Assembly: GCF_036321535.1 (NCBI RefSeq)
Contig: NC_087436.1
Coordinates: 82,028,001 to 82,092,000 of the forward strand
Reading direction: 5' to 3'
Length of the DNA stretch: 64,000 nt
DNA from: Camelus dromedarius
Taxonomy: Eukaryota
Shown piece by piece: positions 25,740-39,496 of the stretch. The first letter of the stretch is position 1. Each line of letters starts with the position of its first letter. The position numbers and the translations under genes are program-made. The notes beneath the pieces are model-generated. The model was not told where the DNA came from. It did no database searches and worked only from the letters and a program-made list of their open reading frames with translations.

Positions 25740-26719
25740 CTAGCTAGTCAGATGGACATGGAGTAAGCTATAAGATCAGATCAACAGATTTGGCCCTAGA
25801 GAAGAGTTCAAGGCCAGGTTTCTCATCCTCAAATGTAAATGTTATTCCTGTCTGCTGCTTCTCAAGAACAATAACCAGCATTTACTGAGCACGACCTGCT
25901 AAGTATCAGACCTCACTACATACATTTTTCTCTTTTTGTCTATACAATAATCCTACATGTAGGTATTCTTTCTATTTTATAGACAAGAAAACTAAGGTAC
26001 ATAGAATTATTGTATCCTAATTGTAAAATGACTATTACTCAATAAAAGAAAGTTTAAAAAAAAAATGTACCCTAAGTCACATGGATTCAATCTAAGTTCT
26101 GTCTCTCAAGATGGTCAGTTCTCCACCAGGCCCTGTTAGACGGACCTGAAAAATCTCAAGTCCTATTTCCAGGGTCTCTGCTGAAGAACCAAGAGCTTCT
26201 TTAAAGTCCAAAACTCAAAACTGGCCACTGAACCCCTCAGGCTCCACCACCACTAGTGGTCAGAATTCTTTCTCTGCCACTGAAGACACAAACGCATACT
26301 TAGGGAGGAAAAGACCTCGTGCACCAAAAGTTATCAAAGTAAAGACAGTGGGAGCTGTCCTGAGTTGTACCAATAAACTGACAGCATTTCAAGAGTTTTT
26401 GTAACACACACAGGCAATCAGAAACTTTCCTTCAGTCATTCACTCACGTCTATCAAGTGCCTGCCACCACCAGGCTGGTACTGAGCACACAAAGACGAAC
26501 AAGCCATGGAGGAGCTCAGAGACCTAGCGGGCGAGGCCCCTCCGATAGACAGGAAAACACTGCATATTTAGTGCTCTGGGGACAGCAAGGAGGGGCACCT
26601 CTGTCGAATAGTTTCAGGAGAAACACTAAAAACTGGGGAGGGAGAGGCACATACTTAGACTTCATAATTTTACTTTATTTTCCTACTGTCACAAAATACT
26701 TAAAGCATAAAAGAACTTC

Positions 26720-27260
26720 AGATCCACTTGTGGTTTATACCCAAAAGAATTGAAAGCAGGGACTCCAACAGTTCCTAGCAGCATACCCATGTTCACAGCA
26801 GCATGATTCACAACAGCCAAAAGGGGGAAGCAACCCAAGTGTCCATCAACTGAAGAATGGATAAACAAAGTGTGTTATATACATGCAATGGATTATTATT
26901 CAGCCTTAAAAAGAAAGGAAATTCTGACACGTTACAACACAGATGCACTTTGAAGTCACTATGCTAAGTGAAATACACCAGACACAAAAGGACAAGTGTT
27001 TTATCATGATTTCACTAATATGAGATATCCAGAGTAGTCAAATTCACAGACAGAAAATAGGATGGCGGTTGCCAGGGCCTGGAGGGAAGGAGCAATTATT
27101 GTTTAATGGATGGAGTTTCAATTTGGGAAGATGAAAACGTTCTAGAGATGGAGGGTGGTGATGACTGCACAACAATGTGAATGTACTTAATGCCACTGAA
27201 CCATACACTTAAAAACGGGAAAATGGGAAATGCTATGTTATGTATATATTGCACCATAAT
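26720..27260 (+). mobile_element. L1MB-like 3' end
   Basis: cccaaaagaattgaaagcagggac, aagcaacccaagtgtccatcaac, gttctagagatggagggtggtgatg, tacttaatgccactgaac. Confidence 0.85.
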
Positions 27261-27289
27261 AGAGAAAAGGACCTCAAGAGTCTCACCTA

Positions 27290-27645
27290 CTGATTTTACA
27301 AATGAGGAAACTGAGGTCCAGAGAGGTAACTTGCTCAAAGGCACACAGCTCCTTGAGCAGAGACTAAAACAGACCCCTGGCGCAGGGCTCCTTTGCCTGT
27401 TCCATATAGTAGTAGTAACTCACACAGCATGCTGTGCCAGGTAACACTCTAAGCATTGTGTATGTATTATTATTAGCTCATTCAGTCCTTGCAACAACCC
27501 GTGAGGTAGCTAATGCTTCTCCCTGTTTTAGAGGGGAGGAAACTAAGGCACAGAGCATTTACATAACCTGCTAAGATGACCCAGTTGGTAAGTGATAGTT
27601 GGTTAGTTTCTTCAGAGTGGTGCACTTAACGACACTGTACTGCCA
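27290..27645 (-). mobile_element. Two adjacent MIR SINE fragments
   Basis: MIR core ttttacaaatgaggaaactgaggtccagagaggtaacttgctcaa and gaggaaactaaggcacagag. Confidence 0.7.
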
Positions 27646-27689
27646 CGTTTTCATGTCCTACTGTCCAAAACAAGAGTTCTGTCCATCGT

Positions 27690-28070
27690 TAGCACAGTAG
27701 ATTGCAAAAATGTCTCCAGATATTTTCTCTTTTCTATGACATCTGCACTGTGACCTTGCAGCTCATCCCATCAAGAGGCAGAATCGACTTCTCCAGTCCT
27801 CGTAATTTGCTGGCTTTGCAATTCGCATTGGCCGGTAGAATGTGGTGGAAGTAACAATGAGCCGGTTTCAGGCTCAGGGCTCAAGAGACCTTGTATGCTT
27901 CCTCTTTTTCAGAACCCAGCCAATTAGGTCTAGGCTAGCCTGCCAGAGAATGAGAGCCCACATGGAGGAGGCCCCAGTTGTCCCCAGTGAGGCCATCCAA
28001 GCCCAGTCTACACTTAGCCAGCCCCCAAACATGTGAGAGGACCCTGCCAGGATCTGCTGTGCTCAGTCCA
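27690..28070 (+). mobile_element. MLT1-family (MaLR) LTR fragment
   Basis: ctcatcccatcaagaggcagaatc, ggccggtagaatgtggtggaagtaac, ccccagtgaggccatcc. Confidence 0.6.
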
Positions 28071-31000
28071 GGGAAGGATGATTTTTAGGCTCTTCATACA
28101 CATGGACCAACAGCTTTCCAGAACAGTTACAACAAAGGATGAGTGGAGGCGACAGACCAGGCCAGGTGTCTTTGCAGGCTGAGAGGACAATGGGCAAAAG
28201 CAAGTTGAGAAAGTGTGGGGTATGTTTAAAGAACAGTTAATCATCTATTTTGACTACAGACCAGTTGTGCTCAAGGGGTTAATGGGAAATACACCTGCAG
28301 AAGTCTGTCAGACCCGGCTTAGCTTCTACTCGATGTAGCAGGTGTTGAGCAGCTGTATATGTATAACACGCTCCTTTTCTCTTCCCCATGCCATGAAGGA
28401 AGTACCATGATTTGCAGTTACAGAAAAGAGGTCCTAAGTCAGGATACAAGGACAGGCAACCCGACCCCAAAGCCTGCCTTACTCACCTACCACAAAACCA
28501 CGACGGAAAGACTGAAGGTAGGGAGAACACTGTGAAGATACCACAACTGGACAAGAAAGAAATGGTGGGACTTGAGCTGAGGTGATGGCAGTGGAGAGAT
28601 AGGAAGCAACAGCTATGGTGACATGAAGCCTGATGGGAGGCACACGGGCTGCTGGGATGGTGAGCCCTGGTGACTGGTGGGAGGATGACTGGTGCCAGCG
28701 TCGGACACGCAGAGTGCAGGAACTCGTTCACACGTGCAAACTCCGAAAATGCTTTCTCTGTGTGAGTACACGGAGAACTACAAGTAAACTGAATGAAGCA
28801 CGGAGTTAAGGCATGAAACACATTTGGGGTCGTCTGAAGAGCTCTCAGTCTAAATTTCCTCGTTTGTAAAACGAAGATGTTGTACTAAATCCTCCTGGAT
28901 CTTATCCAGCATGAAAAACAGAATTCCTATCAATGACTATCTACTGAGTTTTGCTTAAAAGTTATTTTTGTTGGTAATCAAGTGAGAAAAACATAATGAA
29001 CTTGGATATTATTTCACTCAATAATATTCAGTTTCCTCCTATTTGCAATTTTTACTGAGATTTAAGATCTATTACTCTTGTCTCTATAAGCTTTTGAAAA
29101 TTGAATATTTAGTCATTTTTAAATTGCATTTCTTAGAATTTAATTTTTTGCTTGGTTTTCGTTTTTATTTTCTGAGGTTCAAAATCAAAATTTTGTAAGA
29201 GAAAGGGGATGATAGCTAATATCTATTGGGTACCTACTATGTGCCTGCTATTCTGCATATATATTCTTCCTTTAAAATACAGTCTTGTAATAGGTAATTT
29301 TAATCCTGTTTTACAAATGAGGAGATGAGGTTTATAGGTTAAATAATTTGACCAAAGTTAAAAGCGTATTAAGAGAAGTAAAATGAACTTAATCTTTTAT
29401 AGACTTCCTATTAATTGCTATTTTTACTATAATGTTGGCCAAAAAGAGATGAAGATAATAAATGTTCTCTTTCCCAGAACAGAAGTGCTGGAGAACACTG
29501 TTTAAAGATTTATGCTCCTACTCAGAACAGAAGATCCAGTTGTGTTAATAAATGGCATTGAAGAAAGTGCCTAAATTGCAGACTGATGAGAAACAGATGT
29601 GACTTTAAATGTGTGTCCTGCCATACTCATCTGTAGCATTTGGCAACCTACTTAGCCAATCCGAGTCAAACTTTTCTCAGCTGTAAAGTTCAGGATAATA
29701 AAAGGTCATTTACAAGGTTATTATGAGAGTCAAGAAAGAAGAGAATGAGAATACATGAAAGCATCGACCCCATGCCTGTCGGGGTATTTAATACCTATAT
29801 TTCCTTTTCTTTCCAAAAGCCTTCAGGTCCTGGAATTTATCACTGTTACACGCACTCTGTGTAAAGAATATTTATCATTTCCCAATTATTACGTTAGTGA
29901 TCAACTTTACTGAATTTGAAACAGCAATACCTATTCGTGGTGTTTTTTTGAATTAGCAATGCAAGTGATTCATTTCATTTCACTTTGATAAGTGGGGAAC
30001 TAAAAACATAGCCACATGAAAATTAATTATTGGTCTGCTTGGCACGAACTCATTAAAATTTATAGGTGAAATAAGTTCCATATGCTACACATTCAGCACA
30101 TGCAGGAAACTAGAAACCCATACCTGCAGCTGAGTCACAAATGTCAACTCCCAGCACAGTCAGCACCTGAGTCATTCATTCATTGTACAATAAATCTCAC
30201 CAAAATGACATACACATCGAACAAAGAATTAAATTTATAAGTAGTTCTTTCCCTGGGCAAAAGGTGCAACAGTTTGGTCATAAGTAAGCAAAGACTCTAG
30301 AAAGACCACTGTGTTTTTAGCCCTTTCATTTTTCCAATTGTGACTCCTCTATTCTTTCCTCAAATGCTTTCTCCCCCATTGAAGCATTCACTCTCATTAA
30401 AATGTAAATGAATGATAAAGCCTAATGTCTCCCAGGGGTATTTATCTACACCATAACTGGGAATAAGGTCACTGGCTTAAGTGAAAGAAACGAGATTCTA
30501 GTAATGAATGTTAAACATCTGCAAAGCAACAAGAAACAATTTTAGTCATGGTCTTTATGTCATTCCCCAAGTCAACTCAATAGGCCACTTAAAATAGGAG
30601 ACGTTCATTGCATTCCCCAAAGGCTCCTTTATCCAGTTCCCCAAAATACTGATTTCATAAACTAGGGCCTCAGGCAGCACTTGCTGGTTAGAGCTTCGAG
30701 AGCCTCATTGGTTATGCCCACCCCCACCCCCACCATCACATGGCTGCCAACCACTATCCTTCTCTTTCTGGGATTCTGAACCTCCATCCTGGGAGACTGT
30801 GAAACCAGGACTGTTGTGAACGCTGTCAGTGTGGGTGACAATGAGTTCACACCTAGGAAGGGCCATTGGATGAGGAGGAGACCTGCCTTCACTGCTGCAA
30901 ATGAACCAAACCCCTCAACTCAGAAAAGGAGCTGCCAGTGAAACAGAGGACAATGACAGCAAAGTAAATTTTAAGCTCAGCCAGGAAAGCGCTCCCAAGC

Positions 31001-31126
31001 CTGAACAAGCCTCTGTAAGATGTTTCTCACTGGAATCTCCACCTAGATGGACACAGAAGTATCAGTCATCCTCCCAGGCAGAGTGCTACCAGGGGAAGGC
31101 AGATGAGCGCCCCTAGTGTAACTCAC

Positions 31127-31503
31127 CTGAGATCCATATCTCCATCAACCCAGAAGGTGAAAATGTTTGAGATGGTCCCCCCTGGGCAGCAGCCCATGAT
31201 GAGGATGGCAATCGCTTGGGCTGGCTTCAGAGAAAAGCTGACGACCAGGAGATAGGCTGTAAGAGGCATGAGCCCAAACTGGCAGAGCAGTCCCACAGCA
31301 ATGCCCCAGGGTCTCCTGATGTGCGACCAGAGCTTCCGGATCTCCACGGAGCATCCCAGGGAGAACATAAGCAGGCCCATCATCACGGCCAGCACCACCG
31401 TGAACACAAGTTCCAGGTTTCCATACGCCTCCAGCCCCACCGGCAACTCCTCCTCCGAACTGTTGGCAGGGCAGGCTGAGCTGCTGGAACAGTTTGGTCT
31501 CAT
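31127..31503 (-). CDS. SLC10A6: SLC10A6 exon 1, coding part; sodium-dependent organic anion transporter SOAT
   Basis: ATG at 31503; MRPNCSSSSACPANSSEEELPVGLE...GLLCQFGLMP...GCCPGGTISNIFTFWVDGDMDL; donor CAG|GTGAGT; 377 nt; N-glycosylation sequons NCS and NSS. Confidence 0.97.
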
Positions 31504-34500
31504 CTTCTTATCTCCTTAAGGCAGCGTTACAAATGAGCCTCTGCCGTGATAGCCGGGCAGCTCCATCCTGCCACGTTCTGTAACCACACAACAAAATCAC
31601 GCATGGAGAATCATTCCAGGAGCTGCTGGCCGGCCAGCTGATTCACCTTAATCTGATCCATCTATTCATGAGTGGCATTATGAAAGTAATTACCGTGGGC
31701 ATGAACCATCTAATAAACTGTGGTAAGTACGGCTTTCCACTTCAGTTCTTACTCACCACTGAACACCCAAGTGAAACAGACAAGAAAACCCACTGTCAAG
31801 TGGAGCAACTGGTATGTCGTCAGCAACACATTGTGTTCCAGGAAAGCAAGTTGGCTGCCAAGACATAATTTCTCCGAACTCAATGGGAATTTCAAAGCGC
31901 CAGGATGCAATGTTTTGCGGAGAGAAAAGGCTAACTCTGGAAAAAACAAAGGCAGCTAAGCCAAAGCCACACCTCATGGTATTAGTAAAACATTCCTGTG
32001 AAGATACTAAAGCAAAAGAACTCCAGGTAAGGAAATATCAGGAAGATCTAGGGATAATTTCAAGAGAGCTTTGAAATTAGTCTCACCTTTTTCTTCTATT
32101 TCTATGAGAATTTGTGTCTAAAGCCCTAATTAAACACCTGTAAGAGTAATATATTAAACACCTGATTTGTCTCATGAAACATGTGGAAACTCATTTCTGA
32201 ACCCAAAATAATTCAATGAAGCTGTCCCTTTCTTTTGGAGAATATAGAGTCGGCTTTGAGATGCCACACCCCTGGGTCTCGTGGTGAGGTCTGGGAATTC
32301 GGCAGTGAAACACAGTAAAGAGCTTGTCTGGAAGTCTGAAGACAGTCTGAGGTCAGCCTCTGACTGCAATGGCCTGGGGCCCCTCTATGTGCCTTAACTA
32401 CACAGACACATGTTTTGTTGGCAAAACCAGGCAAGGAAAATACGGTTCCCTGAAACTAAAGCTCCAAAAAGCAGATGCCACACCCCTCCTCACAGAAAGC
32501 AGGAAGTTTATTTGTGGGACAAAGGTTGGGACAAGGCACACTTTATAAACGCTCCACCTGCCTTAAGAGGGACAACAGCTATGCATTGTTTAGTTTTGGA
32601 TTAGCAAATTATTTTCCATGACAAAATGCTCTGGCCATGTTCGCTGTATAAAAAACAAGCTGAATACATATGCAAAATGAAATCTAACTATTTGCAGGAA
32701 GTATGAACTGCCTCAGGCAAACCCCCCACCCCCAAAAGCAGCTCTGAAAGTGAAACCTTGCTGGAGGCCATCAGAGGTCACTATGAGGACCTGCTGCCCC
32801 CAACTCTTGTTTTATACCCAAGAACAAGCGAACATTTACACTACCCTTGGTGAGCCTGTCAGGAGGCAATGCAGAACCCTCTGCACTGGGTTTATGCAGA
32901 GGCAAGCAGAGAAATGGACACTGAGGAGTGGGTTAGGTCTCTGGAAGGCTACGTGTCCCCAGCTGAATGATGCAAGGTGCGGTTGAGCTGAGGAGGAACG
33001 GAGGAAGGAGACAACTAACATTTTCTGTGACAGAAGCATGCTAGGTGTTTTACACATATGTGGCTGCATCTGGTGAAGCATAACTTTTTTTTAAAAAAAC
33101 TTTTTTAGAAAGAAGGTATCAGATTATTTTCTGTCTGGAGAATGCCAAATAGTCCCTTGGGAGACCTTCTTTGTTCTCGAAAGAATCACCTGAATGGCCC
33201 TTCTCAGTTGTACAAATTTAAGTTTAATATTCCATTCCTGATAGAGGAGGATGTGCTAGGAACTTTGGTGACTTGTCTGGTACTCAGCCCTGATAGCTGG
33301 GAGGAGGGGGCTAAATTTGCATAGTGAATTTAAGGAGTCTCCAAAGGGGAAGGTGACCTTGGCCACTTGCCTTTTAAAATTCAGCGTTATCAGAATTTCT
33401 CAAATGAATTCCTAGGATGATTCTAACTGAGGTCCACTGGGTAGGAAAAGATGCTAAAGTCTAATTACATATCATGAAAGGAAGGGGTGTCTGGACTAGT
33501 GGCAAGTACCTCTGGGACCAGCTGTCTTGGCACAGAGTGATACAGCACACAGTGCCTGAGTAGGTGGATGTAACCTGAAAAGAAGTAACCTTGAGAGGCC
33601 AAGCTTGGCACCACCGCTTTGTGTGCACGGATCTGGACCAGAAGGGGCACAGCGGCAGTGGGTAAGGACCCACTGGACTGGGTAGAACCGATTTATTCAA
33701 AAGGTCCCCACAAAACAACAGCAGCTGAAAACCAGGGCCTACCAGTGGCCTGGTCAGGCTTTTCTGAGTTTCTCTCCATCTGGAGTCGAGGAGGAGGCTC
33801 CTTTGGAAGAGTAAGCCCCTAGAGTTCTTGGTCAACTGTAAAGGAGATTTTAAATAGGGGATCCTACACTTACTGACGTGGAGGGATTCAAGTGATTGAT
33901 TAGAAAATTTTTAAAGTCGAACTCATACCCCAAGCTAGTGAGGTCCCATTTAATCTTCACATCCATACTAAGAGGTAAGGACTATCACTCCCCACCTCAC
34001 AGATAAGGAAACAAAGGCCTAGACAGGCCTATGTGATTTGTCCGAGGTTATTAAGCAAGTTGTAACCCTGGGATTTAAATCCCAGTCTAATTCTCAGCCT
34101 GTCCTCATTTCCCCGGAGCACAGAGAGGTGGAAGCAATGAACGGAGTCAACAGCATGATCATGCTGGATCATGCTGGCAATCCTCAGACCCACCTCAGGG
34201 GTAAACACTGCTATCTGGCATAAAGATGGAGGAAAAAACGAACTAACCCCTCATCTCTAAATTTACTTCCTATGCTCACAAGCTTAAAATGCACCTGAGT
34301 ATGTTCAACATATCTGCAGCTTAATTCTGAGATCCAGCCCTACAAATCACAGGAGCTATCTCATGCATTTCTATTCTCTACAGACAGAATTAGAGGTCAA
34401 GGCACTCTTCACAAAAACCAACTGAGAAGCCTGGCTTCTTCACCTTGGGAATGTAACGGCTGAAGAGGAAGTGCCAAAAAGAAAGGTAATTAAACATGGC

Positions 34501-36124
34501 TAAGAAACTGCCAAACTCTGAAAATCAGCACAAGAAACTTCTAGAAGCTTGAAGAACATAATCCTACAGATTCCAGAAGAATTTAGGTAAACTGATGAGA
34601 GAGAGAAATCCAAAACAAAATTACTTATTTAATCCAAATTAATTATTTAATCCAAAATTAAAGGGAAATGGTGGTGAGGAAACAGACTGTTACATAACAC
34701 CAGATAAAAAGCCTAATCATAAAAATCAAATCTTAAAAATAAAAATACTGTCACCTCACAGAAAAAAAAGAACCCAATACTTGAATAGAAAATACACAAA
34801 ACAGTTAAGTATAGTAATCAACATTACTAACAATTTTTAAGGACATTAAGATAACATGTGTTTCTTCTAAGAACAAAATAATTTTAAGGTGAATATCCCT
34901 CGTTAGAGCGGAGTGAAAGAGACATTCTCACATGCTGCAGGTAGCACTGAAAATTCACACAACCCTTCTGGAAAGCGTCTGGCAATATGTACCAACAGCC
35001 TTGCTATTACAGGGCTAAGTAGTCTTAATAAAATCAGCTGCAGTACTGGCAAAAAAAGTTATTTATTATTATTATTATAAATGTTTCTGTTTATAACAGC
35101 ATTGTTCTTTATAAACACATTCTTATTTACAACAGCATTATTACTTATAAAAGCAGAAAACTGCGAACACCCCAAATGCCTAAAGTGAATCTAATTTAAG
35201 TAAATTATGGCAAAATGAGATATTACAGAGTTCTTTAAAAATGTGAGAAATGTTTACGTTAGAAGGTTAAGCAAAAGAAATCAAGATCATATGGCCCAGA
35301 TCGAGTGCCCCCAGCCATGTGAAAATAGCACAGAAAAGAGACCAAAGGGAAAGATTCCACAATCTTCATGGGGATTGCTTCCGTATATAGGACTGTGGAT
35401 GACTTTTCTCTTCTTTATATTTTTGGTACTACCTACCATCTTTGAAACGGCTATGAATCACTATTTTTTTATTGTCAGGGAAAAGGAATTGAAAAAAAAG
35501 GAATAAAGACAGAGTAAGCTGTGGTTATTTCAAGAAGCTCCCTAAAAGTTGATAACAACCAGACTATCGAGCCAGACTACTGAGGTGACTCACTCATTGT
35601 CTTTGTTCATCGGTTTTTATTAGGAAGCCTAACAAGTACCCAAACCTCCAGGTAAGAGACACCTGCAGAAGATGGAATGTGTGGGCGTGAGAAGGACTGA
35701 TGGGCCGAGTCGGAGCAGGAAAGGGTGGTGATGGGCTCGCAGAGGGGTTAGCCTGAAACAGCACCTGCTCCACCTTCAAGACAAAATAACCAGTAGGGAA
35801 AATGCAGCAGCTCATCAACAAAACCAACTGGAAAGACCTGCTTATCCGGCACTGGTGCCTTGCTATTTATAATAGTACTCACGGTTCTTTTCCCAGCAAC
35901 CTTTTCCGACTTCAGCTCATCAGATCAGATAACCATAAACTCTCCTCGCCAGTTTGAGTCTTAGAATTATGAAAAGAAAATCCACAGATTGTAACAAATG
36001 AGATTAACGGGGTTTGTCAACCATGAGCGTTCCTAATTTTCTATGACAATAACAGTAACAGCAGCAACAACTACCAGGCACTGTGTCCTTCCTAAGTGCC
36101 AGGCCCTATGACAGGCCCCTGACG

Positions 36125-36665
36125 TGTGAAGGCTAGTAAGAGCCCGCCGCCCCAAAATATGACACTTGGGCACAAGGACTATTTTGAGCAGAAGGCAACT
36201 GAGAATAAAGCAGATACAAGAAGAGCTCCCTGCCCTCCTCCTATTTGCCTAAAAGTAGGACATAAATTTGTAAAGATGTCTCCCCTCCGCTCTCTACCAG
36301 GAAGGACAGAACTTAATCACTGGAGACAACTCTAGACCCTTATCAACCCAGAGGAACCCACATAACAGACCCTGCTAAACTAGCCTGGTTTCCCCACACA
36401 TTTGCCTTCTCACCCCTAGAAGCTCAGAGTCCTTTTCCTTTATCTTGTCACTTCCCAAAAAATGTACTGTTCTTTTGGTCAGATGCTATATAAGGACAAG
36501 CTCTAACCACTTCTTTGAGTCACTCATTTATGAGCGCTCCCTTGTGTATGTGAGATGCATACGATGATAAACTTGTCTTTCTCTTGTTAATCTTTTAGTC
36601 TAATTTGCAAGGCCCCAGCTGGAGAACCCAAGGTGGGGAGAGGAAACATTTTTTTCTCCCCTACA
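36125..36665 (+). mobile_element. Solo ERV1-type LTR (MER34/MER39-like), ~540 bp, nested in a MIR
   Basis: Starts TG(tg)aagg, ends ...ctccccTACA; cccaaaatatg...ggactattttgagc...aaggcaactgagaa motif; internal TATATAA (~36487) and GATAAA poly(A)-like signal; MIR halves on both sides. Confidence 0.75.
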
Positions 36666-37321
36666 CACATCTCACTTAATTCCCCCAACGACCCTGTCAT
36701 GCAGGTACCACTATTACCGTCATTTACCCATGAATGAAGAGAGGCTTACAGAGGTTAGACAACCTGCCATGTGCTAAGCTAGTAAATGACAAGGCAGGAT
36801 GATAGGGGTTGACTCCAGGGTCCATACTACATATGAAAATAAATAAAATAGTAAAAGTTCATGAGTTTCACTTTGTATAAAATATTATTCTTGCTACTCA
36901 AACTAAACATCACATCTTAGGCGCGACTATTCACCTTCCTAAACCCTTAATTCGTGTGCCTTACCAGGTGCTGAACACAAGTGCACAGTGAACTTGTTAA
37001 CTAACATTACAAAAGAATAATAGCCATGCTGAAAAGGTAATATGCTAATTTACATGTCTGAATAACTCTTTTATTTTGAAGTAATTATCTGATTCAAACG
37101 TTCATTATCCTAAATACAAAGAGTATTTCGTACCACTCATTGTAGATTATAAGCTACTTTACAGTGGCCTCCCTAAAAACATACGTAAGCAAAATAGATC
37201 CTTGACCTTTCAACAACCAACTACCAAAATTGGGTGGAACCAGGCAAGTCAGACAGTTTACAATCATGATAAAAGTGGCTGTTTATCCCTTCCTTAAATA
37301 CTTTCAACAGGAAATCTTGTA

Positions 37322-37440
37322 GGGGAGGGTACAGATCAGTGGTAGAGTGTGTGCTTAGCATGCATGAGGTCCTGGGTTCAACCCCCAGGACCTCCAATAA
37401 AATAAATAAACCTCAGTTATCCCCTCCACAAAACAAAAAA
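37322..37440 (+). mobile_element. tRNA-derived SINE, vic-1 (camelid) type
   Basis: GGGGAGGGTacagaTCAGTGGTAGAG (A box), GGTTCAAcCC (B box), then aaataaataaacctcagttatcccc and an A-rich tail, matching the recalled vic-1 consensus. Confidence 0.85.
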
Positions 37441-39208
37441 CAGTAAACGTTAAAGCCATGGCTATTTCTTCTCCACCCTCAATTGGGTGGAGGACATGTA
37501 CCTAGTACAGTAGCCAAAATTCATCAACATAGAGGGTGCTGCTGAACTCAAGCATTTCATAGGAAAACCAGGGATCAACCTCAAGCATCTGGTACAAATT
37601 CCAGCTTCTTGATCTGCCCATTTCTAGATACTATGCCTGGGACATTTTAAGTGCTTGATAAATATTACTTATTGTGTTAGTTATTATTATTAACAACATC
37701 TGTTGCATCTAAGCCAGAAAAATAACTAGGTCAGTATCAAAAATAAATTCTCCTTTGCTCCTGCTTCCAATTTTCTGATTTGCTTTTCAAAGACTTCTGT
37801 TAGTAAAATTTCGTAATTTCTTTGAAATACTAAAACAGTCATGCAATTCTGTGATGAAAGGAGACCACCACTGTGAAACAATCCTCTTCTCTTGAAGGAA
37901 ATGAAGTCAGCTACTTCCACTACGTACGTCAAGTGATTTCGATACTGTTAAACTGCAGTGCTAGAGCTCTGACAGGCAGTCTCGTGCAAACACCCGAGCT
38001 TTGCTGCAACAGAGCTCCTGGGGAAGGAGGTGGTGCAGGTAATGCAGCCCAGGAAATGTTTGGTCATTTGCTGGGTTCAGGTTATGCTATCTTACCTGCT
38101 CTACATGTGTGGTAAGAACAAGAGACTAAATTCCAACAGGAAATATCCATATGGTGAGCACTCTCTAAAACAATGAGCGAGGGAGTCTGTTTCTGGCATT
38201 TGGAAGAAGTTGCTTTGACAGAGAGTTGATCTGATGTAGGAAAAAAATGGCACATAAAATGGCAGTACATGAAAGAGATTACACCTACATTCTAATACTG
38301 TGAAAGTCTCAAAATGAAAAACAAGTCTTCAGAGTGGAGGTAGATGATCTGAAGAGGAGAGGGAATGAAACTGAAAGGAGCATGTGAATGGAGGGAAAGA
38401 GCCTATTAGTAGAAAATTCCAAAATAGACTGAGACTCTGGTACACAGGCAACTTTTTCCTACTCTAGGGATCAATTAAGACCAATAGATTATGCCCATAA
38501 TTGTAAATAAAGCAAGCCAAGGTCACTAGGTTCTTTTCATAGGTTATATCTGCTCTGAAAGGCGATGAAAACATCTCTAAGCCTCCATGTCAATGCCTCT
38601 GTTGTCTTGTCTCCTACCCCTCTGACTGCCAAGTGAAGCAAAAGAAAATTGTAATTGGATTTCACCTTGGGCTCCATAATGGTGGGTTGATGGCTTAGTG
38701 AAGTCTGAACAGATTCAGCAACCCCCCTGCTATCTGCCCCCAAATACCAAGAAAGGAATGCCAGCTCTGTGACCTGAGACCATCTATCTGCAAAACTAGA
38801 GATGGTCTTGCATGTGTCTATCCCTGCTCTCTCTCCATTATGGTGTAACAACAGTGTTAGAGTGAATGGCATATTATTCAGCCACTGGTCACAAGATCCA
38901 AACTAAAGAAAGGACTGTGTATCACCCTGAAATCTTGGACTTGGAGCTGATGCAGCAGCTGGATATGATTTTGAGAAATAAGTGAATGGGTTCATATATG
39001 GAAAGGGTGTGAGTGAATGTGAGGAGTCAAAAAGGCACTGGAGACATCTATCCATTGCTGCCCAGCATCCATTCTACCATTGTCATGGTAACAATGGTCT
39101 GCATTTCTTTGGGGGAAATACCCTACCTCATGATTCTCAACCATGCAGTCTGACCCAAACTTCCGTTTCAGCAACATATCCTGAGGAGCTTAAACCAATC
39201 AGCTAAAT

Positions 39209-39425
39209 CAGGGTTTCAGCCTTGGAACTACTGACATCTGGGGCTCTATGTTGTGGGGGGCCGTCCTGTGTAGTGTAGAATGTTCAGCAGCATCCTTGGA
39301 CTCTACCCACTAGATGCCTTTATGATACCCTACAGTTAAGACAACCAAAAATGTTTCCAGGCACTGCTAAATGTCCCTGAGGGGGAGGGGGAGCAGGAAC
39401 AATTACCCCTCCTAGAGAACCACTG
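39209..39425. mobile_element. MER20 (hAT-Charlie DNA transposon)
   Basis: cagggtttcagccttgg...cagcagcatccttggactctacccactagatgcc...gacaaccaaaaatg...gagaaccactg, with CAG/CTG termini. Confidence 0.85.
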
Positions 39426-39496
39426 AGCTAAACTCATCCCTCATTTCACTAATCAAAATACTTGATTTCAAAAAAATTAATGACAGGTATACCTTA

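Noticed and set aside
26245..26262. Second CTCF-like site (ccactagtggtcag)
   Set aside because: Spacing does not fit the core; just a short palindrome.
13563..31503. Calling SLC10A6 a pseudogene
   Set aside because: All splice sites are canonical and the frame is open through the whole membrane domain; only one missense change and a terminal frameshift were seen.
31145..32074. Alternative-frame and antisense ORFs overlapping SLC10A6 exon 1 and promoter
   Set aside because: Short shadow ORFs with no independent coding evidence.
37322..37395. tRNA-like sequence (also at 40912-40985)
   Set aside because: Followed by a SINE-specific tail with degenerate stems; a tRNA-derived SINE, not a tRNA gene.
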